Source: an uncultured Chloroflexia bacterium (GTDB taxonomy: Bacteria > Chloroflexota > Limnocylindria > Limnocylindrales > CSP1-4). Taken from it: 64,000 bases of DNA. Shown piece by piece: positions 42,491 through 55,649 of the stretch. The notes below the pieces were generated by a model. That model was not told where the DNA came from. It did not search any database and saw only the letters and a program-made list of their open reading frames with translations. Both the position numbers and the translations under genes were made by a program. The DNA lies in the NCBI GenBank assembly GCA_963817095.1, contig CAWFND010000001.1:88920-152919 (forward strand), read 5' to 3'. Every line of letters begins with the position of its first letter. The stretch's first letter is position 1.

Positions 42491-43592
42491 TCACTCGACG
42501 GTCGGATCCCCGGGTGCCGGGCTCGCCCGGCGCGTCCCACAGGCTCGGCATGTCGGCGTCGCCGCGGCGCGGCGGCGGGATCTCGTAGCCGAGCCGCGCG
42601 AGGTGGGCCCGGGCCGCCTCCGTCGCGATCCGGCCCTGCGGCGTCCGATCGAGGAACCCGAGCCGGAGCAGGAACGGCTCGTAGACGTCCTCGATCGTCT
42701 CGACCTCCTCCGCCAGCACGGCGGCGAGCGCCTGGACGCCGACCGGTCCCGACGCGAACTTCTGGATGATCGCCGCGAGGAGCTTGCGGTCGGTCGAGTC
42801 GAGGCCCTCGTCGTCGATCTCCATCTGGCGCATCGCCGCGGTCGCGGTCGCCTCGTCGACCCGGCCGTCGCCGTGGACCTGGGCGTGGTCGCGGGTCCGC
42901 TTCAGGAGCCGGTTGACGATCCGCGGCGTGCCCCGGCCGCGGCGGGCGATCGCTCGCTCGGCGCCATCGTCGATCGGGACCTCGAGGATCCGCGCCGACC
43001 GGTCGACGATCGCCGCGAGGTCGTCCTCCTCGTAGAAGTCGAGCCGGTAGGTCGCGCCGAACCGATCGCGAAGCGGGGAGCGAGATCCGGCCCGCCCGCG
43101 TCGTGGCGCCCGACGACGGTGAACGGCTTCAGGCTGAGGCGGAGGCTCCGCGCGCTCGGTCCCTTGCCGATCATCACGTCGAGGGCGAAGTCCTCCATCG
43201 CCGGGTAGAGGATCTCCTCGACCGCGCGGTTCAGGCGATGGATCTCGTCGATGAACAGGACGTCGCGCTCGTCGAGCGCGGTGAGGATCGCGGCCAGGTC
43301 GCCGGCCCGCTCGACGGCCGGGCCGCTCGTGTAGCGGACGTTCACGCCGAGCTCGCGGGCGATGATCGTCGCGAGGGTCGTCTTGCCGAGGCCGGGCGGG
43401 CCGTACAGGAGGACGTGGTCCGCGGCCTCTCCCCTGCCCTTCGCCGCCGAGTCAGCAGCACCGACAGGTTGGCCTTGACCTCGCGCTGGCCGATGTATTC
43501 GTCGAGCGTCCGCGGCCGGAGGGCACCTTCGACGACGCGATCCGTGTCGTCGACCAGGTCCGGGGCGAGGATCCGCGAGAGGTCGTCGTCAT
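42491..43592 (-). CDS. ruvB: Holliday junction helicase RuvB, frameshifted
   Basis: [34 protein letters not shown]. Confidence 0.96.
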
Positions 43593-43705
43593 CGTGCGGA
43601 GCGTACCACGGCCGGCACCATTTCGCACGGATGTTCGGTCTTGCTGCGTCGCGGCGTGGGCCGCGACGCGGAGCGGCGAGCGTGCGGAATCCCCACTCAC
43701 CGGTA

Positions 43706-43717
43706 GGACTTCAGTCC
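43706..43717. promoter_or_regulatory. Palindrome in the ruvB/Rrf2 divergent promoter
   Basis: GGACT-TC-AGTCC abutting CAGAAT -10 of the Rrf2 gene. Confidence 0.4.
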
Positions 43718-43728
43718 AGAATGGCCTG

Positions 43729-44213
43729 ATGCGCCTTTCCCGCCGCTCCGAGTACGGCATCCGGGCCCTCGTCGACCTGGTGCGGAGCGAGCAGGCGCCC
43801 GACCCCTCCCCGTCGCACTCGCCACCCTCGCCGAGCGGAACCACCTCCCGCCGAAGTTCCTCGAGCAGATCATGTCGACGCTCAAGCGGGGTGGCATCGT
43901 CCGGACGACGCTGGGCGCCCGGGGCGGCTACGCCCTGGCCGTCAATCCAACATCGGTGTCCGTGGGACGCGTCATCCGCCTCCTCGATGGCGCCCTGGCT
44001 CCGCTGTCGTGCGTCAGCCTTCGGTTCTACGAGCGCTGCTCCTGCCCGGACGAGGCCACGTGCGCGCTCCGCGACGTGATGCTGGACGTCCGCGACGCGA
44101 TGCTCGAGATCCTGGACCGCGAGACGCTCGCCGAGCTGGCTGCCCGACCCGGCCGATCCGACATCGACCCGCGCGGCGTTCACCGCGACGCGATCGCGGG
44201 CCTGCGCCCCTGA
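43729..44213 (+). CDS. Rrf2 family regulator, frameshifted
   Basis: MRLSRRSEYGIRAL, GARGGYAL, CVS...CSC....C. Confidence 0.9.
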
Positions 44214-44254
44214 CCGCCGAGCCAGGCAGGCCTGCGGCGCCGTGCGCGGCTCCG

Positions 44255-44855
44255 CTATTCCCGGAGCAGGCTCCGCAGCGCGGCCTTGACGCGGTCCTCG
44301 AGCGTGCCGCCGATCGTCGGGTCGGCGAGGGCGATCCGCGACGCCTCGCGCGCCTCCGCCAGCGAGTAGCCGAGCGCCTGGAGCGCCGCGACGACCTCGC
44401 TCTCGGCGGCGCCGACGCCCACCGCGCCCGGCACGCCGCCGCCGCGACGCCCGCCGCGGCGACCTTCTCCTTGAGCTCGAAGATGATCCGATCGGCCAGC
44501 TTCTTGCCGATCCCCGGGATCGACACGAGGACCGCCTGGTCCTGGGCCATGATCGCGAGCTGGAGGTCCGGCGTCGGTCGCGAGCCGACGATCGCCAGGG
44601 CGACCTTCGGCCCGACGCCCGTTACCGTCAGCAGCGAGCGTGAAGAACCCGAGGTCCTCCGTCGTCCGGAAGCCGAACAGCGCCTGCTGGTCCTCGCGGA
44701 CGAGGTGGTAGGTGTGGAGCTTGATCGTCGAGCCGGGCTGGGCGGTCGAGAGGATCGCCGGCGCCGCGAAGACCCGGTAGCCGATCCCGCCGACCTCGAT
44801 CGACGAGCGAATCGAACGCGACCGCGCCGACGCGGCCCTCGACGGAGGCGATCAT
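44255..44855 (-). CDS. ruvA: RuvA, frameshifted
   Basis: MIASVEG, VTGVGPKVAL, IPGIGKKLADRIIFELK. Confidence 0.93.
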
Positions 44856-45492
44856 CGGCCGCTCACCTCAGGACGCCGAGCCTCGCGCTTCTCGCGCTTC
44901 TCGCGGGCGAGCGCCTCGCGGACGGCCCGCTCGTACGGCGATGCGCCGCGCTCGATCGGGCGCCGAGGCGCCGCGATCCAGCACCGCCGGCCCCGGCCGG
45001 CCGCGACGACCGCCCGACCTGGCCGATGCCGTTCGCGATGCAGACCGCGATCGCGAGCGCGTCGGCGGCGTCGTCCGGCGTCGGCAGGGCGGACATCCCG
45101 AGCACCAGCTGGACCATCCGCGAGACCTGCTCCTTGTCGGCGGCGCCGTAGCCCGGCGACCGCGCTCTTCACCTCGCTCGGCGTCGCCTCGCGGACCGGC
45201 CGGCCGGCCTCGGCTGCCGCGAGCAGCACGACGCCGCGGGCGTGGCCGACGGCCATCGCGGTCTGGGCGTTGCGCGAGAAGTAGAGCCGCTCGACGGCGA
45301 CGACCGCCGGCTCGTGCGTCGCGATCAGCTCGCTCGAGCGCCTGATGGATCGCGAGCAGCCGCTCGCCGAGCGGCAGGTCCGGCGTAGGTGACGACGCAG
45401 CCGTGGTCGACCGCGCGCAGGCCGTCCCGCCGTCGTTCGATGACGCCGCAGCCGAGTGCCGCGGTTCCCGGGTCGATCCCGAGGATGATCAT
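44852..45492 (-). CDS. ruvC: RuvC, frameshifted
   Basis: [31 protein letters not shown]. Confidence 0.93.
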
Positions 45493-45531
45493 CCGAGCGC
45501 CGCCCCCGGATCGGCCGAGGGGCGGCCGAGC

Positions 45532-46290
45532 TCACCCGGCGACCTCGGCGAAGACGTCCTCGGGGATGTCGAAGTTCGCGGTCACCCGCTGGACGTCCTC
45601 GAGGTCCTCGAGGAGCTCGACGAGGCGAAGCGCCTGGCGCGCCTTCGCCGAGTCCAGCTCGACCGTCTGCTTGGCGATCATCGCGCTCTCGGCGGAATCG
45701 ACCGGGACGCCGGCGCCCTCGAGCGCCTTCCGGACGCACTCGAGCGCGCCCGGCTCGGTGTAGATCTCGATCGACTCGTCGGCGTCGGTGTCGACGTCCT
45801 CGGCGCCCGGCGTCGATCGCGGTCAGGGCGACCTCGTCGGCGTCGACCGCTGCCGTCGCGCGTGGATCGTGATCAGCCCGCGCGGCTCGAACTGCCAGGC
45901 GACCGCGCCGGAACCGGCGAGCTGGCCGCCGGTCTTCGTGAAGATCGAGCGGACCTCGGCGGCCGTCCGGTTGCGGTTGTCGGTCGCGGCCTCGACGAGG
46001 ACCGCCACGCCGCCCGGGCCGTAGCCCTCGTAGACGATCTCCTCGAACTGCTCGGCGTCACCGCCGCCGGTCGCCTTGTCGATCGTCCGCTTGATGTTGT
46101 CGGCCGGCATGTTGACCGAGCGGGCCTTCTCGATCGCGAGCCGGAGCCGGTAGTTCGCGTCGGGATCGCCGCCGCCCTGGCGTGCCGCGACGCTGATCTC
46201 GCGGGCGACCTTCGTGAAGACGGCGCTCCGCTTGGCGTCGGTCACGCCCTTCTGGCGCTTGATCGTGGACCACTTGGAATGACCGGACAT
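45532..46290 (-). CDS. yebC: YebC/PmpR family protein, frameshifted
   Basis: [29 protein letters not shown]. Confidence 0.95.
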
Positions 46291-46425
46291 CGCGGGCGGG
46301 AGTATAGCCGACGTAGCATGGCCCGACCGCGCTCGGAGGGCCGGCGGGCCGTGCCCAGCGCGCCTCGACCACCGCGGCTCCGTCCGACCGCCCGTCTTCG
46401 CGAAGTCGTGAGGTCCACTCCGCCG

Positions 46426-48518
46426 ATGACGATGAAGAGCGTCGATCCCGCCCACCTCCGGAGCGTCGTCCTGGCCGGCCACGCCGGCGGCGGCAAGACG
46501 ACGCTCGCCGAGCAGCTCCTCTTTCGCGCCGGCGCCGTCCCGCGTCTCGGTCGCGTCGACGACGGCACGGCCCACCTCGACCACGAGCCCGAGGAGCAGA
46601 AGCGCAAGGAGTCGCTGAGCCTCGCGGTCGCGACGTTCGAGCACGACGCGACGCGGATCACGCTCGTCGACACGCCCGGCTACCCGGACTTCGTCGCCGA
46701 GGTGATCTCCGGCTTCGCGGCCGCCGACGGCGCGCTGTTCGTGATGGATGCGTCGAGCGGCGTCGAGGCGGGCCTCGAGAACGCGGTCGCGCTGGGTCGG
46801 TCCACCGGTCGTCCCGGCGTGCTTCTTCCTGAACCGCTGCGACACGGAGAACGCCGACCCGATCGCCGCGCTCGACGCGCTCCGCGCCCGGTTCGGCAAC
46901 AAGATCGCGCCGCTCCACCTCGCGATCGGCAAGGGCGAGCACTTCACCGGCTACGTCGACCTCGTCCACCGCAAGGCGTATCGCGCTCGACGGCGGCAAG
47001 GAGGTCGAGGTCCCGGTCCCCGACGAGCTCGCCGACGAGATCGCGAGCCGCCGCGACCAGCTGCTCGAGGCGGCGGCCGAGGCCGACGACGACGTGATGG
47101 CGAAGTACCTCGACGGCGAGGAGATCAGCGACGCCGAGCTCGACACCTGCCTCCACCGGGGCGTCCGCGACTCGATCCTCGCGCCGGTCCTCGTCGGCAG
47201 CGCGACGAAGGGCATCGGGATGAACGCCCTGCTCGACGCGTTCATCCGCTACATGCCGACCGCGGCCGAGGAGCCGGCGGTCGAGGCGAAGGACGCGAAG
47301 GGCAACCCGGTCACGATCGCCCCGGACCCGAACGGGCCGCTCGTCGCCCGGGCGTTCAAGACGGCGGCGGACCCGTTCGTCGGCCGGCTGACGTATCTCC
47401 GGATCCTGAGCGGCACGCTCCACAGCCAGGCCCACGCCTGGAACGCCGAACCGCGACGAGGACGAGCGGATCGGCCAGCTGCTGCTCCTGCACGGCAAGG
47501 ACCAGGAGCCGATCGGCGAGCTCCAGGCGGGCGAGATCGGCGCCGTCGCCAAGCTCGCGGCGACCGAGACCGGCGACACGCTGTCGGCGCGCGAGAAGCC
47601 GGTCATCCTGCCGCCGATCGACTTCCCCGAGCCGTCCCTGTCGGTCGCGATCGAGCCGCAGACGAAGGCCGACCTCGACAAGATGGGCGCGGCCCTCCAG
47701 CGGATGCTCGAGGAGGAGCCGACGGCGCGCGTCGAGCGGTCGACGACCGGCGAGCAGCTGCTCCTCGCGATGGGCGACGCCCACATCGCGGTGATCGGCG
47801 AGCGGCTCAAGCGGAAGTTCGGCGCCGCGATCCTCACGCCGCCAGCCGAAGGTCCCCTACCAGGAGACGATCCGCGGCACGACCAAGGTCGAGGGCAAGT
47901 ACAAGAAGCAGACCGGCGGCCACGGGATGTTCGGCCACGTCTGGCTGGAGATCGAGCCGAACCCGGGCGGCGGCGTCGAGTTCGCCGAGAAGGTCGTCGG
48001 CGGCTCCGTGCCGAAGGGCTTCTTCCCGGGCATCGAGAAGGGCATCCGCGAGACGGCCGCCGAGGGCGTCATCGCGGGCTATCCGCTGTCGGACTTCAAG
48101 GCGACGCTCTACGACGGGTCGTTCCACACGGTCGACTCGAACGAGCTCTCGTTCAAGATCGCGGCGTCGATGGCCCTGAAGAAGGGCGTCCAGGACTGCA
48201 AGCCGGCACTGCTCGAGCCGATCATGGCGATCGAGGTCCGCGTCCCCGAGGAGTACATGGGCGACGTCAACCGCGACCTGAACACGCGGCGCGGCCGGGT
48301 CCTCGGCATGGACACGGTCGGACGGCCTGCAGATCGTCCAGGCCCACGTCCCGCAGGCCGAGCTGTTCTCGTACGCGACGGAGCTGCGGTCGATGACCCG
48401 CGGTCGGGGGACGTTCACCTCGACGCTCGATCACTACGAGGAGGTGCCGCAGCACCTCGCCGAGAAGGTGATCGAGACCCATCGGAAGGACACCGAAGCG
48501 GCCGGCGCCCATCACTGA
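46426..48518 (+). CDS. Elongation factor G paralog (EF-G2 type), frameshifted
   Basis: [32 protein letters not shown]; switch I reads EEQKRKESL instead of RGITI; not in the str operon. Confidence 0.9.
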
Positions 48519-48524
48519 CCCGTC

Positions 48525-48547
48525 CGCCGGGCTCACCGAGCCCGGCG
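48525..48547 (+). terminator. Hairpin after the EF-G paralog
   Basis: CGCCGGGCTC-ACC-GAGCCCGGCG. Confidence 0.5.
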
Positions 48548-48599
48548 AACCGACCGCTCCATCTCTAGCCGGCCCGGTCGACGCCGAGCTGGAGGGACT

Positions 48600-51066
48600 G
48601 ATCCGCCGCGACCTCGCCCGCGGCGGGCGGCTCGTCCGCCTGACCTGGGCCGCGGGCATCGCGAGCCTCGTGCTCGGGCTCGTCGCCCTCCGCCAGGCGG
48701 CCCTGCTCGTCAGCATCGACCGGCACCTCGTCACGACCGACGAGGTCCAATCGACCGGCGGTGGCTTCGACCTCGTCCGCCTCGTTCTCCTCGGGCTCGT
48801 CGTCGTCATCGGGGTCCTTGCGGCGCGCTGGCTCCGGGACACGATCCCCGTCGCGGGCGAGCTCCAGCGCCGCGGCGTCGTCGACGGAGTCGCCTCCGAG
48901 GACGCGGATCCAGCGGCTCGGGCTGCCGTGGCGCGCCGCGGGCATCCCGTCCGACCGGCTCGGCTGGGCGGGCGTCCGTGTCGAGGACGGACGAGGCCTC
49001 GTCGTCCTGACGCTCCTCGCGATCGGCCTGGCGGCGGGCGTGGGCATCGCCGCCGCGGCCGGTCTCGGCGCCGCGACCGAGGCATCGACCGCCCGCGGGT
49101 GGCGGTTCGATCGTCGGCCTCGACGGCGGCCTGTGGCTCATCGCGTTCGTCCTGCTCGGCGCCTCGATCGACGGCGCCCGCTGGCGCCAGGCGGCGGCAG
49201 CCCGTGCCCTGGGCCTGTATCTCCCGCTCGTCGACGCGCCCGGCCGGACCATCGTCCGGCTGCTGCCGCCCCTGCTGATGTTCGGCGCCGGCGTCCTGGC
49301 CGTGTCCGGCCGGCCGGACCCCTGGCTGGTCCCGTGTCCCCAGTCGTCACTCGCCTGCGACGGCATGCTCGTGCCGGTCGACCACGACAGCGGCTCGAAC
49401 GCCACGATGTGGATCGCCTACGGGGTGCACCGCGCCGCCGGCCCCCCGAAGGGGACGCTTGCGATCGCCGTGGGTGGCCCGGGCGACAGCGGGATCGGAG
49501 CCGCGCTCTCCCACATCGATGCCTTCGATCCTCGGCTCGTCGACGGCTATGACCTGCTCTTCTGGGATCAGCGCGGCGTGGGCGCGTCCGAGGGCAAGGA
49601 CTGCCCTCGGGCCGGGCGCGAGTACGTGACCACCCCGACGACGGCCGCGGACACCGCCGCGTTCGTCCAGGCCTGCCTGACCGAGGCCGGGGTCGCTCCG
49701 GACGACCTCGCCCGCTACTCCACCCACCAGGCGGCGGAGGACCTCGAATCCGATCCGGGACCACCTGGGCCTCGAGCGCTTCGCCCTGTACGGCGAGAGC
49801 TATGGCACCGAGCTCGCCCAGCAGTACGCGGCGAGCCACCCCGATCGCCTGACGGCACTGATCCTCGACGGCGCCGTCGACCGGACGCGATCCGCGAACC
49901 AGTTCTGGGCGGACGCCGCCCGCGGCTTCGAGCGGGCGCTGGATGACACCTTCGCGTCGTGCGCGGGCCGACCCGGCCTGTCGCGCCGACCTGCCGGACC
50001 CGGCCGAGGAGTACGACCGCGCCCTCCGGGCGTTCGACGATCCGGTCCAGGTGTCGTACGCCGACCCGGACGGCACGGTCCGGCCCCATGCCGTCGACGC
50101 AGCCGCGATCGACTCGGCGATCAGCCAGCTCCTGTACGAGCCGACCGGACGCTCCCTGGTCCTGCGGGCCGTCGCGGCCGCCGAGCGCGGTGACGAGGTG
50201 CCCCTCGCCCGTCTCTCGGACCTCCTCGGCTCCGGCGAAGGTCCCGGTGCGTCCGAGTTCGCCTACTACGCGATCACCTGCGCGGACTATCGGGTCTCCC
50301 CGACCGCCGACCCGCACGACTTCCAGGCCGTCGAGGACTACGCCCGGCGCAACGGGATCTCGACCCTCCGCACCGCCGGGGTCTTCACGAGTCAGTACCC
50401 GTGCCTCTCGTGGCCGTACCAGCCCGCCACGGGTCGACCGTCCGGCTCCGATCACCTCGACGCCGTACCCGGTCTTCGTCCTCGGCGCGGCCGACGACCC
50501 GATCACGCCGGTCGAGGGGGCCCGGGCGATCGCCGATCGGCTCACCGATGGCTACCTGGTCATGTCGAGCGGCGGGCCGCACGTCACCTTCGGTCGCGGC
50601 GATTCGTGCGTGGACGGGCCGGTCCTCGACTACCTGCTCGACGGCCGTCGACCGGCGACCCGGTCGATCTCGTGCGGCGGGGATGTCATCGATGGCTACG
50701 TCGAGCTGACGCCGGCCAGCCGATCCGACTACCGATCGGCCCTCGATGCGATGCGGGCCGCCCAGACCGAGATCTACGCCGATCCGGATGTCACGCTCTG
50801 GGACGGTCTGGACGAGATCCGGGTCGGTTGCCGGGATGGCGGCTGGTTCTCGCTCGCGGACCGGGCGCGAAGGAGACCGTCACGTTCACTGCTGCGCGTT
50901 CGTGCCCGACCTGCCGTTGACGGGGCTCGGGTCGTACGACTTCGCGACCGGCGGCGTCCACTGGTCGGTGACCTTCCCCGACGGCGAGCTGACGTACGAC
51001 GTGACCGGATCGACGACGAGCGTCAGCGGGCACTGGAACGGCCAGGCGGTCAACCAGTCGGAGTGA
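48600..51066 (+). CDS. Membrane-anchored alpha/beta hydrolase (TAP-like peptidase), frameshifted; start uncertain
   Basis: GGPGDSG, WDQRGVG, YGESYGT, DPITP, GPH; hydrophobic N-terminal region. Confidence 0.75.
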
Positions 51067-51846
51067 CGTCCTCGAGGGCACCGACGATGGCGATCGCGGC
51101 GGCGAGGTCGATCCGGCCGTCGTAGAGCGCCCGTCCGACGATCGCCCCGCGGCATCCGAGGTCCCGGACCGCGAGCAGGTCGTCGGTCGTGGCGACGCCG
51201 CCCGAGGCGATGACCGCGGCATCGGATGCCCGGAGCACCTCGTCCAGCAGGGCGAGGTCCGGCCCGCCGAGCAGGCCGTCGCGGGCGATCGCGGTGACGA
51301 CGAAGGTCGTGACGCCCTGCGCGCCGAGGACCGCGAGCGCGTCGACGACCGGCATGCCCGACGCTCCGGGCACCCAGCCGTCGCCCACGGCCCGGCCGTC
51401 GCGGACATCGAGGGCGGCGGCGATCCGGCCCGGCGCCGTGGCGATCCACGAGCTCACGGACGAGGCCCGGGCGCTGGAGGGCGGCTGTCCCGAGGACGAC
51501 GCGCGTGGCGCCGGCGGTCCAGGGCGGCCTGCACGGCGGCGGCGTCCCGGAGACCGCCGGCAACCTCGACCTGCATCGACGGGCGCTCCCCGGGTTCCGT
51601 CGGCCGCGACAGCGACTTCAGCCACCTGGACGTCGTGGGTCCGCTGACCCGTCCGCGCTCCGTCGAGGTCGACGACGTGGATCCAGCGGGCCCCGGCCGC
51701 CCGGAAGACCCGTCGCGACCGCCGCCGGATCGTCGCCGTAGATCTGCTCGCGGTCGAACGAGCCCTGCTGCAGCCGCACGACTCGACCGCCGCGGAGGTC
51801 GATCGCCGGGATGCAGATCGAACGTTGACGTCTCCTGTGCTAGCAC
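51050..51846 (-). CDS. hisA: ProFAR isomerase, frameshifted
   Basis: [45 protein letters not shown]. Confidence 0.88.
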
Positions 51847-51870
51847 GCTACCATGCTAGCACGCTACTAC
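51825..51870 (+). promoter_or_regulatory. his promoter with tandem TrpR-type operator
   Basis: TTGACG-18-TACCAT; TGCTAGCACGCTAC twice at 16-bp period (51838, 51854). Confidence 0.75.
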
Positions 51871-51896
51871 GTACCAGAGAGGACCGAGGGCGACCG

Positions 51897-52224
51897 ATGG
51901 AAGACTGGCGCACGCGAGATGTCGACGAGCTGATCGACGCGCTGCTCCGCCTGGAGACGGCGGACGAGGCCGCCCACTTCCTGCGCGACCTCTGCACCCT
52001 CGGCGAGCTCCGCGACCTCGCCCAGCGCTGGGCCGTCGTCCGTCGCCTCGACGAGGGCGAGCACTACGCGGCGATCTCCCGCGAGACCGGCGCCAGCACC
52101 GCGACGATCACCCGGATCGCGACCTGGCTGAACCACGGCGAGGGCGGCTATCGCGAGGCGCTCGCGAAGCTCAGCCGCCGCTCGCGAGGCGGGTGTCCCC
52201 TACCCTGCCGGACGCGAGCGATGA
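51897..52224 (+). CDS. YerC/YecD TrpR-like regulator (HisR)
   Basis: FLRDLCTLGEL...TGASTATITRIATWL..G.GGY; stop lost by frameshift. Confidence 0.9.
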
Positions 52225-53100
52225 CCGCGCTCGAGGGTCGCGAGCGGCTGCGGCTCGCGATCCCGAACAAGGGCCGGCTCGTCGAGCCGACGGTCCAGCT
52301 GCTGCGCGATGCCGGGCTCGTCTTCGAGGAGCACGAGCGGAGCCTCGTCGCGCGCGTCCGGAACTTCGACCTCGACATCCTGTTCGTCCGGACGAACGAC
52401 GTCATCGAGTTCGTCGGGGACGGCGTCGCCGATCTCGGCGTCACGGGCGAGGACCTCCTCGCCGAGACCGGCGCGGAGCTGCCGCGTCTGCGATCGCTCG
52501 GCTACGGCCAGTGCCGCCTCGCCGCGGCCGTGCCCGCCGACAGCGACCTATCGGCACGATCGAGGAGCTCGCCGGCCTCCGCGTCGCGACGGCCCACCCG
52601 AACACGACGCGGCGGTTCTTCGAACGGGCCGGGCTCGCCGTCGACGTCATCTCGATCTCCGGCGCCGTCGAGGTCGCCCCGCGGCTCGGCCTGGCCGAGG
52701 CGATCGTCGATCTCGTCTCGACCGGCTCGACCCTCGTGATGAACGGCCTGCGCCCGATCGCGGACGTCCTCGCCTCCGAGGCGATCCTCGTCGCCAACCC
52801 GACGGCCCAGGTCCAGCGGGCCGAAGAGCTCGCCGCGGTCGACACGATGCTCAGCGCGGTCATCGCGGCGCGCGACCGGAAGTACCTGATGATGAACGCG
52901 CCCGCGGCTCGACCTCCAGGAGCTCGAGACGCTCCTGCCCGGGCCTCGAATCGCCGTCGGTGATCCCGCTCGCGCACGCCGGGATGATCGCGATCCACGC
53001 CGTCGTCGGCGCCGACGACGTCTGGAGCCTGCTGCCGCGCCTGAAGGCCGCCGGGGCGTCCGGCATCCTCGTCCTGCCGATCGAGAAGATCGTCCCGTGA
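52221..53100 (+). CDS. hisG: ATP phosphoribosyltransferase (long form)
   Basis: AIPNKGRL, ADLGVTGED, GAVEVAP, DLVSTGSTL. Confidence 0.95.
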
Positions 53101-54497
53101 CCGCCGAGCCGCTCCGCCGCCTCGACGGTCACCGCCGCCGACGCCCCTCGTCCTTCGACGGCTCGACCTGGCCTCGACGAGCTCGGCCGACGTCGCCGAG
53201 CGGCGGGCGCTGTGTCCGCCGCGGCGCCGTTCCCGACGAGCGGGTCCGCGCGGGCGCGCGGACGATCCTCGACGACGTCCGGGCGCCGCGGCGCCGGGCG
53301 CGTCCGCGAGGCCAACGCCCGGTTCGGCGGCGGCCTCGGCGACGGCCGCCTCATCGTCGACCGCCCGGAGCTGCGGGCGGCCCGCGACCGGCTCGACCCG
53401 CGCCGATCGCGCGGCGCTCGAGCAGGCGATCGACCACGTCCGGCGCGGTTCGCCGCGACGCAGCGTCCAGCGACGACGTCGGACGACGATCGTGCCCGGC
53501 ATCGAGATCGAGCGTCGCTGGCTGCCGCTCGACCGCGTCGGCTGCTACGTCCCGGGCGGGTCCGCGCCGTACCCGTCGTCGCTCGTCATGACCGTCGTCC
53601 CGGCCCAGGACGGCCGGCGTGACCGAGGTCGTCGTCGCGACGCCGGCGGACGCCGGACGGGGGCGATCGACCCGGTGCTGCTCGGCGCCGCCGGGCTGCT
53701 CGAGGTCGATGCCATCCTCGTCGCCGGCGGCGCCCAGGCGGTCGGAGCGCTCGCGTTCGGTTGGGACGCCGACGCCTCGGCGGGCGACGCCGGCGTTCGA
53801 GCCCGTCGATCGGATCGTCGGACCGGGCAACGCCTGGGTCACCGCCGCGAAGCTCGAGGTGGCCGGCCTCGTCGGGATCGACCTGCCCGCCGGTCCGTCG
53901 GAGGGGATGGTCCTCGCGGACGACGCAGCGGATCCCGTCATCGTGGCCGCGGATCTCGTGACCCAGGCCGAGCACGGCCCGGACTCGCCGGCGATCCTCG
54001 TGACCACGAGCCCCGCCCTCGCCGACGCCGTCGAACGCGAGATCGCGACCCTGCTCCCGCGCCTCGACCGCCGAGAGATCCTCGCTCGGCCGCCCTCGCG
54101 ACCCACGGCCGGATCGCGCTCGCGCCGGACCTCACGTCCGCCGTCGCGTTCGTCGACGCCTACGCGCCGGAGCACCTCTCGTCGACGTCCGGGACGCCGA
54201 CGCGCGTCGCCGGTCGGATCCGCCATGCCGGATCGATCTTCGTCGGGCCCTGGGCGCCCGAGTCCGCCGGTGACTACGCGACCGGCGCCAACCACGTCCT
54301 CCCGACCGGCGGGCTCGCTCGTGCCTGCGACCCGCTGTCGTCGAGGCGTTCGGGCGGTACAGCCAGGTCCAGCGGATCGACGAGACGCGGCCTGGCCGCG
54401 ATCCGGGAGACCGTCGGCCGCCTCGCGACGGCGGAGGGGCTCACGGCCCACCGCAACGCCGTCGAGACGCGCGTTCGGCGCGGGTCTCACGCGATGA
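53097..54497 (+). CDS. hisD: Histidinol dehydrogenase, many frameshifts
   Basis: [41 protein letters not shown]. Confidence 0.93.
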
Positions 54498-55649
54498 GCC
54501 CGACGCCCGTGACGACGAGCCTTCCGACCCAGCCGGCGAGCTACAGCTGGGAGGCCACCGACGAGGAGGTCGCCGCCCGCTTCGGCGTGCCCGCTCGCCG
54601 ACATCCTCCGCTTCGACCTGAACACCTCGCCCGCGCCGCCCGAGCTCGTCGCGGGCGATCCTCGCCGCCGGCACGTTCGAGGCGCCGCTGTCGGAATACC
54701 CGCCGTCCGACTACCGCCGCCTCGTCGAGACCGCGGCCCGCGTCTACGGCGTCGCGACCGACGAGCTGCTCGTGGGCGCCGGGGCGGACGAGATCCTCGA
54801 CCTGATCGGCAAGGCGTTCCTGCCGGCCGGCGGGCGTGCCGTCGTCCCGACCCCGACCTACGCGATGTACCGGGTCGTGACCGAGCAGCGGGGCGCGACG
54901 GCCGACCTCGTGCCGCGGCTCGGACCGGACGACGGCTACCGACTCGACCTCGCCGCGACGCGCGCCGCCGCGACGACGGCGGACGTCGTCTGGCTCTGCA
55001 GCCCGAACAACCCGACCGGCCTGCCCGAGCCCGACGGCGCGATCGCCGAGCTCCTCGCCGGGATCGCCGGCGATGCCGCCGAGCCGCCGGTCGCGCGCCC
55101 GCGATCGGTCGTCCTCGACGAGGCGTACGCGGAGTTCGTCGGCTCGACCCTGCTGGACCTCCGCCACGAGCACCCGAACCTCGTCGTCGTCCGAACCGCG
55201 AGCAAGGCGTACGCGCTGGCCGGCCTGCGGGTCGGGTTCGCGATCGCCCGGCCCGGAGACGATCGCCCGGATCGCGCCGTATCGGCCGCCCGGCTCCGTC
55301 TCGACGGTCAGCGTGTCGGTCGTCACCGCGGCCCTCGCGGATCCGACGGGCATGGCCGCGAACGTCGCCCGGGTCGACGCCGAGCGCGATCGACTGGCGC
55401 GCGAGCTGCGGGACGCCGGCTGGTCCGTCGGGCCGTCGGTGACGAACTTCCTGCTCGTCGACTTCGGGACCGCCCGAGCGGGCCGCGGCCGTCGCGACCG
55501 GGCATGCTGCGGCGTGGGCTGGTGCCGCGGACGTTCGCGGCCGGCCATCCCCTCGCCCACTGCCTGCGGCTCACGATCCGCGACCGCGCCGGCAACGACC
55601 GGCTCGATCGCCGCGGCGCGCGACGATCGCGACGAGGCCGCGGCGATGA
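54494..55649 (+). CDS. hisC: Histidinol-phosphate aminotransferase
   Basis: [30 protein letters not shown]. Confidence 0.92.
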
